Source: the human T2T-CHM13v2.0 reference genome, Homo sapiens. From it: a DNA stretch of 64,000 nucleotides. The stretch covers positions 6,848,001 to 6,912,000 of the forward strand of contig CP086569.2 in NCBI GenBank assembly GCA_009914755.4. Reading direction: 5' to 3'. The translations under genes were made by a program, and so were the position numbers. The notes beneath the pieces are model-generated. The model made no database searches, was not told the origin of the DNA, and saw only the letters and a list, made by a program, of their open reading frames with translations. The stretch's first letter is position 1, and each line of letters opens with the position of its first letter. Shown here one piece after another: positions 27,674 through 42,674 of the stretch.

Positions 27674-28443
27674 TCAATTTGATTTTAAGGCTAATTTGCT
27701 TAACAGTGAGTCTATTGGAGACACACACAGAAAATAGGAAAAAGAAGAATGCCGCTTTTAGAACCACAACTACCTTTGAAGAAGAGAGAATCAACTTGAA
27801 TGGAAACCTTGATGTTCCACTGCATACCCCAGTGGGCTGAATGTGTGTTTTGGGAGCAGAAGCTGGAGAGGGCTGGATGAATTTTCAGAATCAGTGAAGG
27901 AAGAGCAAGAAGGAAATTCCAGGGAGCCAAAGAGGGGTGGGAAACAGGATAACGCATTTTAAACTCATTCTCTGCTTTCTCTCTCACCACTGTATTTTGC
28001 TATGTCTGTTATGCTACACTGGGAAGGCTGCATCAGTGTGGTGTGTTTGCTTGAAAGTTGCAGAAGAGGTTGGCTTTCATTACAGATTCTGGGGTGTGTG
28101 TGTGGAAGCAGAATTCCAGAGTACAGGGCTTCTATAAGAAGGTAATGTTCCTTCCAGCCTCCAAGGAAGTCACAGAAATTGGGAAACAGATTTGAATTTT
28201 CATGAGAAGTAAAAATAGGAGCTTGAGACAATTTTATCTCAAGGTGCCAGGGGCCCAGCCAACATTGGCACACAAATGTTCCTTATGAACATGCACATAC
28301 ACAAACACACAGTTTTCTAAACAGCCTTGTCCAACATCGCAATTTAGACACAAACTGCGCCTAAATTAATTACATGGGGAAAAATATTAGCGTAAGGGCC
28401 AGACCAGGAATTTTTAGAATTCTGGTTGATTGTCCAAGAGGCC

Positions 28444-29165
<722 letters not shown>

Positions 29166-29291
29166 TATAGTCCTTGGTGATGGTTCTAAGAAAATTCTTG
29201 ATAATCTGTATAGAAAATGGTCCTCTCCTTGATCAAGCACAGCAGGCTGGAACCAGGACACAGAAAAGATTCATAAGAATGAGGCCACATT

Positions 29292-30230
<939 letters not shown>

Positions 30231-30545
30231 TTAGCCTGGGGCATCAAATAGCAAGGATCTTGGGGGAAAGAGTGGAGGGACATACAAACCTGCCTGAGGC
30301 ACAATCACATAAGCAAGATAAAAAAGCAGAAAAAAGAACAATAGCAAAAGATGGCACGAAATTCGCAGGGACTAATGTCTCTATGGGACTAGGAATTCCT
30401 TAAATGGGAAAATGACTTGAGTCCATTCAGCTGGACTTCAACCCAGAATTCATCCAAAATAAGGCTACAGACCTGGCCACACTCAATATATCCAATGCAG
30501 GGAATCATGATGACATTTCCAAGGCTGTCTAAATTTTTGTGCTTC

Positions 30546-30845
30546 TTTTTTTGGTTATTTTGGGAGATGGAGTCTCGCTCTGTTGCCCAGGCTGGAGAGC
30601 AGCGGCATGATCTCAGCTCACTGTAACCTCTGCCTCCTGGGTTCAAGCGATTCTCTGCCTCGGCTTCCGGAGTAGCTGGGATTACAGGCATGCCTGCCAC
30701 CATGCCTGGCTATTTTTTGTATTTTTAGTAGACATGGGGTTTCACCATCTTGGCCAAGCTGGCCTTGAACTCCTGACCTCATGATCCACCCACCTCAGCC
30801 TCCCATAGTGCTGGGATTACAGACATGAGCCACCATGCCCCACCA
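30546..30845 (-). mobile_element. Alu
   Basis: Matches the reverse-complement Alu consensus. Confidence 0.9.
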
Positions 30846-30911
30846 AATTTTTATGCTTCTTATCTTGAAGTCATTAATTCCCACCAACCAGGTTATATTA
30901 AAAATTAATAG

Positions 30912-31755
<844 letters not shown>

Positions 31756-31959
31756 TCAGTGGATTTAGCTGAAAGGAGGAGAATAAAAGCATGTAGTTCT
31801 TTCTGACGATATTAGTGAGTTTGTCTTTGGGATAAACAGAGTGAAATGCTTTAAAATTACTAAGCACCAGAAAAGCATGCTAATCATGAATCAGCATGAA
31901 AATCATGCTTCTCATGCATTTGCACTTCAAGGTTGATTTATTATACTTGGCAACAAGAT

Positions 31960-32310
31960 GAGAAGAAAATAAGTAGGTTATTATTTATATAACCATCATC
32001 ATTTTTTCCCAGAGATCTATTATTAGTAATATGCAAAGTCCTATAATACATAGGTGAGTTTGTCTTTCAAAAAGAAAGAAGGGAGGGAAAGACTTGTGGG
32101 GGGGAACTATCCCCCATTTATTAAGAAATAAGTAGGTTATTAAGAAAATAACTAGCTTATTATTTATATAACCCCATCATTTTTTTCCCGCAGGATCTAT
32201 CATCAGTAATTTTCAGAGTCCTGTAATACATAAGTGAGTTTGTCTTTCAAAAAGAAAGAAGGAAGGGAGGGAAGGGGGTGAACTACGATTTATTAAGTAG
32301 CTTGTCTACA
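31960..32310 (+). repeat. local tandem duplication, about 2 copies of a unit of about 180 bp with roughly 85-90 percent identity
   Basis: ttattatttatataacc..catcatttttt(t)ccc..gatctat.at.agtaat..caaagtcct.taatacata.gtgagtttgtctttcaaaaagaaagaagg.agggaa occurs at about 31975 and again at about 32158. Confidence 0.8.
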
Positions 32311-32480
32311 TTAGGCAATAAGTAGCTTTTCCCAAATTCCAAAATGAAATCCATGTTAGTTTTGTAACGCTGCTGTAAAAAAAATCACCACAAACGTATG
32401 TGCCTAACACTAACAAATGTATTATAGTTTTGGAGGTCAGAAGCCCTACACAAGGTTCATGGAGTTAAAATTAAGGTGTT

Positions 32481-32766
32481 GACTGGGTACAGTGGCTGAC
32501 ACCTGTAATCTCAGCACTTTGGGAGGCTGAGGCAGGAGGATTGCTTGAGGCCAGGAGTTCAACACCAGCCTGGACACTATAGCAAGACTCCCTGTCTACA
32601 AAAAGTACCAAAAATTAGCTGGGTATGTTGGTGCCTGCCTGTAGTCCCAGCTACTTGGGAGGGTGAGGTGGAAGGATCGCTTGAGCCCAGGAGCTCAAGG
32701 CTGCAGTGAGCCGTGATTGTAGCACTGTACTCCAGCCTGGGTGACAGAGAGAGATTCTGTCTCTTA
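32481..32766 (+). mobile_element. Alu
   Basis: Matches the Alu consensus. Confidence 0.85.
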
Positions 32767-33110
32767 CAAAACCCAGGAGTGCTGGTTCTTTCTGGAGGCT
32801 GTGGGGAGGATCCGTTTCCTGCCTTTTTTAGTTTCCAGCATTTCCAAGCTCATGGCTCTCCCTCACTCGCATCTCAGCTTCCATTTTCATGTCTCCTTCT
32901 CCAACTTGGACCCTCCTGCCTCCCTCTTAGAAGGAGCCTGTGACGGCATTTAGGGCCAACCTGGGTCATCCAGGGGCATCTCCCATCTCAAGATCCTTAA
33001 CCTCATCTCATCTGCAAAGTCCTCCTGACCGTGCAAGATCAGCTGTTCCCAGGTTCCAGGGATTCAGATGTGGACATCTTTGGGGAGCCATTATTCTACC
33101 TATCACAGTA
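32767..33110 (-). mobile_element. MaLR-type LTR, MLT1-like (from memory of the consensus, low confidence on subfamily)
   Basis: Contains ggttctttctggaggctgtgggg...ttccaagctcatggctctcc...ctcttagaaggagcctgtgacggcatttagggccaacctgggtcatccagg...atctcaagatccttaacctcatc..tgcaaagtcc, the reverse-complement pattern of the MLT1 consensus. Confidence 0.55.
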
Positions 33111-33269
33111 GCCTATATGCTTTTTCCCCCAAAACTCTCTGAAGTAACCACTGTTACCTCATCAGGCAAAAATTCTGAGACCCAGCCAAGTGAATTACTG
33201 TGGATAATATCACGTCAACTAGAAAGTGGCCCCAGGTAGTCAAACCATATGCTTTTTCTTTTTCCTTCA

Positions 33270-34080
33270 ACTTTTATTTTAAGTCCGGGGGTATCAGTGC
33301 AGGCTGTGCAGGTTGTTTCATAGGCAAACGTGGGCCATGCTGCTTTGTTGTTTTTCACTTTTTAATAATCGCCATTCCGACTGGCATGAGATAACAACTC
33401 ATTATGGTTTTCATGTACATTTCATTACCCAGGTATTGAGCCTGGCATCCATTAGCTATTCTTCCTGATGCTCTCCTTCCCCCTGCGCCCCCTTACAACA
33501 GGCCCCAGAGTGTGCTCTTCCCCACAATGTGTCCATGTGTTCTCATCGTTCAGCTCCCAATTATAAGTGAGAACATGCAGTGTTTGGTTTTCTCTTCCTG
33601 TGTTAGTTTCCTGAGGATAACAGCTTCCAGCTTCATCCACGTTCCTGCAAAGGACATAATCTCACTCCTTTTTATGGCTGCATAGTATTCCATGGTGTCT
33701 ATGGACCACATTTTCTCTATCCAGTCTACCACTGATGGTCATTTGGGTTGATCCCGTGTTGTTGCTATCATGAATAATGCTGCAGTGAACATACACGTCT
33801 ATGTATCTTTATAATAGAGTAATTTATAGTCCTTTGAGTATATACCCAGCAATAGGATTGGTGGGTTAAATGATAGTTTTGCCTCTAGATCTTTGAGAAA
33901 TCACCACACTCTCCCACAATGGTTGAACTAATTTACACTCCCACCAATAGTGTAAAAGCCTTCCTTTTTCTCTGCAACCTCACCAGCTTCTGTTTGTTTT
34001 TCACTTTTTAATAATTGCCATTCTGACTGGCGTGAGATGGTCTCTCATTGTGGTTTTGATTTGCATTCCTCTAATCGGAC
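33270..34080 (-). mobile_element. L1 (L1P-type) 3' region fragment on the minus strand with an internal duplicated segment
   Basis: gtgagaacatgcagtgtttggttttctcttcctgtgttagtttcctgaggataacagcttccagcttcatccacgttcctgcaaaggacat is the reverse complement of the L1 ORF2 3' end. The motif ttttcactttttaataat.gccattc.gactggc.tgagat occurs twice (about 33350 and about 34000). Confidence 0.75.
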
Positions 34081-34367
34081 CATATCCTATCTTCTTGCAA
34101 GTACATCTTCTTGTTACAATGAGCTGCCTCCCAAAGTTCCTTCCAAAGATGTCCAATATTATGTCAGAAATGGGGTATTAAGTCCCATCTTTATCATCAC
34201 CCACCTTCAAATATAACTGAACTCATGAAGACGTATTCACTGAGCATCTATGGTGGGTCACACTAACCACCCTCAGAGAGCTAGTCAAACAGAGCAATAT
34301 CCTGCCACATATAATCAAATAGCAAATATATTCACTGAAGATATTGGTCAATGACAAAAAAATGAAA

Positions 34368-34567
<200 letters not shown>

Positions 34568-34879
34568 TTAAACACGCACACACAGACACACACAAAAACA
34601 CAAAACATCAGTTAGACAGGATGCATAAATTCAATAGATCTATTTTACAGCATGATGACCACAGTACATAACAATATATTGTATTGTTGGCAAACGGTGA
34701 AGACATTCACCGTTAAATGAAAATTACTAAGAGAGTAGATTTTAAGTGTTCTCACCACGTAAACATAACTGTGTTAGGGAATGTTAATTAGCTCAATTTA
34801 GCCATTCCACAATAGATATATGTATCACAACATCATAAATACATATAATATTTGATTTGTCAATTAAAAAAGATTATGC

Positions 34880-35172
34880 TAGCTGGAAACAGTGGCTCAT
34901 GCCTGTAATCCAGCACTTTGGGAGGCCGAGGCAGGTGGATTGCCTGAGCTCAGGAGTTCGAGACCAGCCTGGGCAACATGGTGAAACCCTGTCTCTACTA
35001 AAATACAAAAAAATTAGCCAGGGATGCTGGCATGTGCCTGTAGTCCCAGCTACTCGTGAGGCTGAGGCAGAAGTGCTTGAATGCTTGAGGCAGAGGCTGC
35101 AGTGAGCCAAGGTCTCACCACTGCACTCCAGCCTGGGCAACAGAGTAAGACTCTGTCTCCAAAAAAAAAAGA
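34880..35172 (+). mobile_element. Alu
   Basis: Matches the Alu consensus. Confidence 0.9.
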
Positions 35173-35297
35173 AAAGTCAATATAAATGTGTTTTAAAGTA
35201 AAAAAAAAAAAAAAAGAATATAGAGAAAAAAAGAGCATGGAAATATTGAAAATAATAAATAAAATAATGTATTTTAATTGAAATGCATAATTTACAA

Positions 35298-35410
35298 GCC
35301 AGGCACTGGTCCCAACTATTCAGGAGACCAAGGCAGGAGGATCTTTTGACCCCAGGAGTTTGAGCTTATCCTGGGCAACACAGCAAGACCCCATCTCTAA
35401 AAAAGAAAAA
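35298..35410 (+). mobile_element. Alu right-arm fragment
   Basis: agccaggcactggtcccaactattcaggagaccaaggcaggaggatc...cctgggcaacacagcaagacc. Confidence 0.75.
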
Positions 35411-35447
35411 GATGAATAATTTATAATTCCTACATCTACATTGTTTC

Positions 35448-35743
35448 TGTTTTGTTTTGTTTGAGATGGAGTTTTGCTTGGTCACCCAGGCTGGAGTGCA
35501 ATGACACCATCTTAGCTGACTTCATCCTCTGCCTCCCAAGTTCAAGTGATTCTCCTACTTCAGCCTTCCAAGTAGCTGGGACTTCACTTGCCTGCCACCA
35601 TACCTGGGTAATTTTTGTACTTTTAGTAGAGATGGGATTTCACCATGTTGACCAGGCTGGTCTCAAACTCCTGACTTCAAGTGATCCACCTTCCTCAGCC
35701 TCCCAAAGTGCCGGGATTATAGGCATAAGCCACTGCTCCTGGC
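35448..35743 (-). mobile_element. Alu
   Basis: Matches the reverse-complement Alu consensus. Confidence 0.9.
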
Positions 35744-35920
35744 CCCAAAATTCCTTTATCTACATTGTTGAATGGGGCAATGACAGGGAAACCAGCTGTA
35801 GCCCAATTCAAGATTGGATTGCTTAAATTGGGAGGCATCATCCCAATTAGTGACTTAACACAATCAATAGCACTCTTATATTTCTGTAAGTCAGAAGTTC
35901 TTAATGGGTCTTACAGGCTG

Positions 35921-36285
35921 TTCTAACATTGCTATGAAGAACTACCTGAGACTGGGTAATTTATAAAGAAAAGAGGTTTAATTGACTCATGATTCTGCAG
36001 GCTGTACAGGAGGCATGGCTGGGGAGGCCTAGGGAAACGTACAATCCTGGCAGAAGGCGAAGAGGAAGGAGGCACATTCTGTATGGCTGGAGAAGGAAGA
36101 AGAGAGCAAAGGTGGAGGTGCCACACACTTTTAAACAATCAGATCTTGGGAGAACTCATTCACTATCATGATAACAGAAAGGGGGAAGTCTGCCCTTATG
36201 ATTCAACTACCTGCCACCAGGCCCCTCGTCCAACATCACGGATTACCATTCAACAGCAGACTTGGGTGGCAATATGGTTTGGCTG
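35921..36285 (-). mobile_element. MaLR LTR (THE1/MST-like) in minus orientation
   Basis: aactacctgagactgggtaatttataaagaaaagaggtttaattgactcatgattctgcaggctg...ccatggctggggaggcctagg... is the reverse complement of the THE1/MST LTR 3' part (..CCAGCCATGTGGAACTGTGAGTCCATTAAACCTCTTTTCTTTATAAATTACCCAGTCTC..). Confidence 0.65.
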
Positions 36286-36640
36286 TGTCCCCACCCAAAT
36301 CTCTTCTTGAACTGTAGTTCCCATAATCTCCAGGTGTCATGGGAGGGAACCAGTGGGAGGTAATTGAATCATGGGGGCAGTTACCTCCGTGCTGTTCTCA
36401 TGATAGCGAGTGACTTCTCATGAGATCTGATGCTTTTATAAGGGACTTTGCCCCGCTTCACTCTGCACTTCTCCTGACCGTAGCCACGTGAAGGATGGCT
36501 TCCCCTTCCACCATGATTGTAAGTTTCCTGAAGCCCCCAGCCATGCTGACCTGTGAGTCAATTAAACATCTTTCCTTTATGAATTACCCAGTCTTGGGTA
36601 TGTCTTTATTAGCAGTGTGAGAAGGAACTGATACAGGTGG
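36286..36640 (+). mobile_element. MaLR LTR (THE1/MST-like) in plus orientation, abutting the inverted copy head-to-head
   Basis: aatatggtttggctgtgtccccacccaaatctcttcttgaactgtagttcccataatctccaggtgtcatgggagggaaccagtgggaggtaattgaatcatgggggcag...ttacccagtcttgggtatgtctttattagcagtgtgagaa matches the THE1B/MSTA consensus start and end. Confidence 0.75.
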
Positions 36641-37190
36641 GGACAAAAATTCACATCACATCATAGGCTGAAACCAAGATGTGGGCAAAACTGGTTCTTT
36701 CTGGAAGCTCTAGGGGTAAAATTAATTTCCTTAGCTTTCCCATATTCTGGAAACCACCCACATCCCTTGGCTCACGGCCCCTTCCTTTATCTCCAAAGCA
36801 CATCATTCCACCTCTGCTTCCATCCTCATGTCTTCGTCTCTGACTCTGACCTCCTACTTCCCTCTTATAAGGATGCCTGTGATGACATTGGACATATGTG
36901 GATTATCCACGATCATCCCCCAATCTCAATATCCTTAACTTTGTCACATCTGCAAAGTCCCTTTGACTATGTAAGGGAATGTAGCCACTAGTTCCAGGGA
37001 TTAGGGTATGGATGTCCTTCAGTAACATTATTCTGCCAACATCACCAAGCTTCTGTGTGGAAGTCCGCTCTCTATGGGGGTAATGCTTCCAGCCCTTGGT
37101 CAAGGACCACAGAATGCCTCTCATTAGTTTCTTCCTGCATCTCCACCTTCCCAAGAACAGGCAGTTTCCATCAGCAGTGATGACACAAGT
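36640..37190 (-). mobile_element. MLT1-like MaLR LTR remnant (same family as 32767-33110), apparently split by the THE1/MST-like LTR pair
   Basis: ggttctttctggaagctctagggg...cttggctcacggcccc...ctcttataaggatgcctgtgatgacattggac...atccttaactttgtcacatctgcaaagtccctttgac..ttccagggattagggtatggatgtc is the reverse complement of the MLT1 consensus. Confidence 0.55.
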
Positions 37191-37246
37191 CTATCTCATT
37201 GCTTTTCAGCTCTCCAGCGGGCAATTCTAAGCTCTCAAAAAAATTC

Positions 37247-37247
37247 T

Positions 37248-37285
<38 letters not shown>

Positions 37286-37566
37286 AGGCAGAGTCTCACT
37301 GTGTCACCCAGGCTAGAGTGCCATGGTGTGATCTCAGCTCACTGCAAGCTCTTCCTCCCGGGTTCATGCCATTCTCCTGCCTCAGCCTCCTGAGTAGCTG
37401 GGACTATAGGTGCCTGCTACCATGCTTGGCTAATTTTTTGGTATTTTTAGTAGAGATGGGGTTTCACTATGTTAAACAGGATGGTCTCAAGCTCCTAACC
37501 TCATGATCTGCCTGCCTCAGCTTCCCAAAGTGCTGGGATTACAGATGTGAGCCACTGCGCCCAGCC
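37247..37566 (-). mobile_element. Alu with a poly-T head of about 35 nt
   Basis: tttttttt...gaggcagagtctcactgtgtcacccaggctagagtgc...gtgagccactgcgcccagcc. Confidence 0.9.
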
Positions 37567-37686
37567 AATTCTTTCTTCTTTTTAACCTAGCAAACTCAGC
37601 TATTATTTTTGACAACATAGAAAAAAAATCAATCGACCTGTATTGTTTAATTATTTAATCAAAATTTAAAGTGGATAAGATACCTC

Positions 37687-37970
37687 TTTTTGGGGTAGGG
37701 GACAAGGTCTTGCTCTGTCACCCAGGCTGGAGTGCGGTGGTGTGATCATAGCTCACTGCAGCTGTGACTTCCTGAGATCCTTCCACCTCAGCCTCCCAAC
37801 TAGCTGGGACCAGAGATACACACCACCATGCCCTGCTAATTTTTGTATTTTTTGTAGACACAGAGTTTTACCATGTTGCCCAGGCTGTCTCAAGACTCCT
37901 GAGCTCAAGCAATCCACCCGCCTCAGTCTCCCAAAATGCTGGGATTACAGGCATGAGCCACCAAGCCCAA
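37687..37970 (-). mobile_element. Alu (old, AluJ-like)
   Basis: Matches the reverse-complement Alu consensus, diverged. Confidence 0.85.
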
Positions 37971-38079
37971 CCAAGAAAACTTTCAAATATTCATTTACAC
38001 ATGGAATGCTGTCAGAGTCTAAATTTCAAAATTAAATTTAAAGTTGTCCTCTAAGCTGTTACTAAAAGTTAAAAAAAAA

Positions 38080-38658
38080 ATCAGATGCTGGCAAAGCTGC
38101 AGAGAAAAGACGACATTTATAGACTGTTGATGGGAGCATAAATTAGTTCAGCCACTGTGGAAAACAGTCTGGAGATTTCCCAAAGGACTTAAAACATAAC
38201 CACCATTTGACCCCGAAATCTCACTACTGGGTATATACCCAAAGGAATATAAATCATTCTACCATGAAGACACATGTACATGTATGTTCACTGCAGCACT
38301 ATTCATAATAGCAAAGACATGGAATCAACCAAAATGCCCATAAATGACAGATTGTATAAAGGAAACATGGTACATACACACCATGGAAAACTATGCAGCC
38401 ATGAAAAAGAAGGAAATCACATCCTTTGCAGCAACCTGGATGCAGCTGGAGGCCATTATCCTAAGCAAATTCAGGCAGGATCTGAATGCCAAATACTGCA
38501 TGTTCTCACTTCTAACTAGGAACTAAACATTTAGTTCACATGGACACAAAGAAGGGTACGATAGATACTAGGGCCTACTTGAGGGTTTAGGGTAGGAGGA
38601 GAATGAATATTGAAAAACTGCCTATCCAGTATTATGCTGATTACCTACATACCAACAT
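38080..38658 (+). mobile_element. L1 3'-end fragment (ORF2 C-terminus plus 3'UTR), L1P-type
   Basis: Translation gives ..QPLWKTVWRFPKGLKT..TIHNSKDMESTKMPI..YIHTMENYAAMKKKEITSFAATWMQLEAIILSKFRQDLNAKYCMFSLLTRN, a clear L1 ORF2 C-terminal motif. Confidence 0.85.
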
Positions 38659-38659
38659 G

Positions 38660-39098
<439 letters not shown>

Positions 39099-39334
39099 CA
39101 ACTGGCCTCTAATGATAGACATACAAAGCTCAAAAGATGAAGCAGGACCTCAAGTTTATGTCTTGTCCTCAATGTTCCATCCTATTTTTTTTTACTGGGA
39201 TCTACTTTATATTTTAAAATAATGTATTTGTCCAGAAATTTCTTGTGCTTCTTAACTTTAGATGGTATCTATTAACTTTCTGTTTGTAGGATGATGGCTT
39301 TTGGTTTTTTGCCCAATCACTATTCCTCAAGTGC

Positions 39335-39344
<10 letters not shown>

Positions 39345-39371
<27 letters not shown>
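39345..39371. repeat. (CA)n microsatellite, about 14 units
   Basis: acacacacacacacacacacacacacac. Confidence 0.95.
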
Positions 39372-39374
<3 letters not shown>

Positions 39375-40270
39375 TCTTTCTATTCAGCTTCCTGATATGG
39401 CTACATCACCAATGTTTACTAAATGAATACTCAAGCTTACATTATGTGAGTTATCTAAATATTGAGATGTGCCTAACATTCCTTCCTTGTATATATTCTT
39501 GAATTTCCTAAGCTTGCTTCCTGTTCATGGCTTGCCTTTTAAAATTCTTTTCACAGACTTATTATGAGACTGAAAATCCCTTCCAAACACTGTTAACACC
39601 TAAGGTAGTCACATCATGATGGTGAACACAGCCTCCTGGGACCCTACAACTTCCTTCTCCAACCTGAACTCAAGGCTTTCTAAGACACCCCCAGAGCTAT
39701 TGTCCCTAGGACATCCCATTTCCAAACAGCCTGGGTTTGTAGCTTGGGTTGCTTCTTCTGGTATCCTAATCAGATAAGTCTGCCTCTCTGCAGCTCAGTT
39801 TCCATGACTGGTTGGAAAATGAGAATAATAATAGTCATGTGCATTAAATGTGGTTGTGGTTGTAAAATGTTAAGGCTAGCTCCCTACTCACTGTGTGCAG
39901 GATGTTATTTTTATGGTCATCCTGAAAATTCCCCCAAAATTTCTTCATGTTAGCCATGTCAGTTCCTGAATTCCTCATGCTCAAATTGCCCTCATTTTCT
40001 CAAATCCAGTTTTCTAAGACATTACCAGCAGGAGTGCATGGGGGTTACCATTATAAGGCATTCTGCAGCTACATGAGCTCCAGCCTTCATGCTCAGCCCC
40101 TCATGTGGCATGGCTGGGTTGTGTATGCAATCCTAGCCACTTCCCTGCAAAACAGCAAAGGCATCATTGTTAATGTTGAGTTTCCAGTGCTACTGAGCCT
40201 AAGACAACATCCAATCCCCTTTTCATGTCTCCAAGTTTTGCATCTATCTCTCTCATTTTCTCTCTCCTTT

Positions 40271-40575
40271 TTTCTTTTTTTTTTTGTTTGTTTTTTTACA
40301 GAGTCTTGTTCTGTTGCCCAGCCTGGAGTGCAGTTGTGTGATCACAGCTTACTGTAACCACTGCCTCCTGGGTTCAGGTGATTTTCCTGCTTCAGCCTCC
40401 CAAATAGCTGGGATTACAGGCACATGCTACCACAGCCAGCCTTTTTGTATTTTTCAGTAGAGATGGGGTTTCACCATGTTGGCCAGGCTGGTCTCAATCT
40501 CCTGACCCCAAGTGATCCACCCACCTTGGCTTCCCAAAATGCCAGGACTACAGGCTTGAGCCATGACACCCAGCC
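40271..40575 (-). mobile_element. Alu inserted in a polypyrimidine tract
   Basis: Matches the reverse-complement Alu consensus with a poly-T head. Confidence 0.9.
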
Positions 40576-40905
40576 TTTCATTTTATCTCTCACTCTCTTT
40601 CTTTCTCTTATTTTTTTTTCATTCTCTGTCTCTCTCCCACTCTTTCTCTCATTCTCCCTCCCACTCTCTCTGTCTCTCTTCTTTTGCATAACTCCGTCAT
40701 TCTCTTTCTCTCTCATTCTCTCTCCCATGATCTCTTTCTCTCTCTCTCTCTCTCCCTCTCTCTCTCTTTTTGGATGACTATCATTCTCTCTCTCTCATTC
40801 TTTCTCCCACTTAGTTTTCTCTCTCTCTCTCTTTTTGCATGACTGTCATTCTCTCTCTCTTTGTCACTCTCTCTCTCTGTGTGTGTCTTTCCCCCTCCAC
40901 CTCCC
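40576..40905. repeat. (TC)n-rich polypyrimidine tract with an embedded higher-order repeat of about 45-55 bp (about 3 copies); a shorter TC-rich block lies at 40210-40270 on the other side of the Alu
   Basis: tctctctc.. with repeated units tttttgcat(a/g)act(cc/gt)gtcattctct(t)tctctct at about 40682, about 40768 and about 40833. Confidence 0.9.
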
Positions 40906-41048
40906 TAGCCCCCACTATTCTAGAGTCTTTTCTCTTCACCCTTCACACACTGAAATGTCACAACAACACGAGCCTTTTTCCTCCCAATCTCCTGGGGACC
41001 CAGAAAGTTAGAGGTTCTCCTATACTTGAATAAAACATTCTCATTTCA

Positions 41049-41662
<614 letters not shown>

Positions 41663-42007
41663 TTCTCATTTCAAGCCTTTTATGCCCTCTTTTCTCACAC
41701 ACAGAAGCAAGTTTGGTTTCATTTCTCTAATTTTTGATGCAGCTTGTTTAAGCAGTAGGAGCGATACCTGGACACTAGATGCTAATTAACATTGGCATTG
41801 ATGAGCCATGTGTGCCTACTTAATGAACACATTCTGATCGCTCCTGTTTTGAGACAGTGTGCTGACAGTCAGAAATGAAAAGGCTGAGGGAAACATTATA
41901 TTTTCCTTTCCAGGTCATATCACCTAATGGGAAATGCAGGCTTATAAACGAAGAACTAGGACTTACTGTTAGACATAGCAGATTTCACAAAGTTGTTAAT
42001 CTTTGCC

Positions 42008-42085
42008 CCGTGTGTGTGTGTGTCTGTGTGCATGCGTGTGCATGTTTGTGTGTGTGTGTATGCATGCGCACATGGGTGTCTGTCC
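42008..42085. repeat. imperfect (GT)n / (GTGC) microsatellite
   Basis: gtgtgtgtgtgtgtctgtgtgcatgcgtgtgcatgtttgtgtgtgtgtgtatgcatgcgcacatgggtgtctgt. Confidence 0.9.
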
Positions 42086-42235
42086 CTCTTTTTCTCCTTT
42101 TACCCCTCCTCAAAATGGATGTAGGCTGGAATTATAAGGAAAACAAAGGACAAAGAGAATGTGTGAGAATACAGCAGACAAAAGATGAGGATGACCTTTA
42201 GAAGGCTTGGAGGCAAGTGGGTGCTGTGGTCTGAA

Positions 42236-42545
42236 TGTGTGTGACCCACAAAATTCCTATGTTGAAATGCTAATCCTCAAGGACATGATGTTAGGAGGTG
42301 GAGCTTTAGGGAGGTGATGAGGTTGTTAGGGTGGAGACTCATGAAAGGGATCAGTTCCCTTAGAAAATGGGCCCCAGAGAACTCCCTCACCCTTCCACCA
42401 TGTGAAGACACAGTAAGATGGTGCTGTCCATGAACCAGGAAGTGGGTCCCCACCAGACACTGAATCTGCCACACCCTCATCCTGGACCTCCAGCCTCTGG
42501 AACTGTGAGCAATAAACATCTGTGGTCTATAAGCCCCCCAGCCCA
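42236..42545 (+). mobile_element. ancient LTR-type repeat (MaLR/ERVL-like LTR; family not assigned)
   Basis: tgtgacccacaaaattcctatgttgaaatgctaatcc...ggtggagactcatgaaagggatcagttccc...ccttccaccatgtgaagacacagtaagatgg...ccagcctctggaactgtgagcaataaacatctgtggtctataagcc is a pattern I recall from a very abundant LTR family. Confidence 0.5.
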
Positions 42546-42674
42546 AATGGACAAAAAATCTAGCTAGTAGTTACTGTCATGGCAGGCAGGAGGGAGATAG
42601 AGGCAATGAACTCATGGCAATACACAGGAGAAGCCAACAAGAACCCTCAGAACTCTTAAAAATCTCAGGAATTG

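Noticed and set aside
40424-40777. A 117-aa + ORF (with serine/leucine runs) and an 85-aa minus-strand ORF.
   Set aside because: They span an Alu and the (TC)n polypyrimidine tract. This is a repeat artefact.
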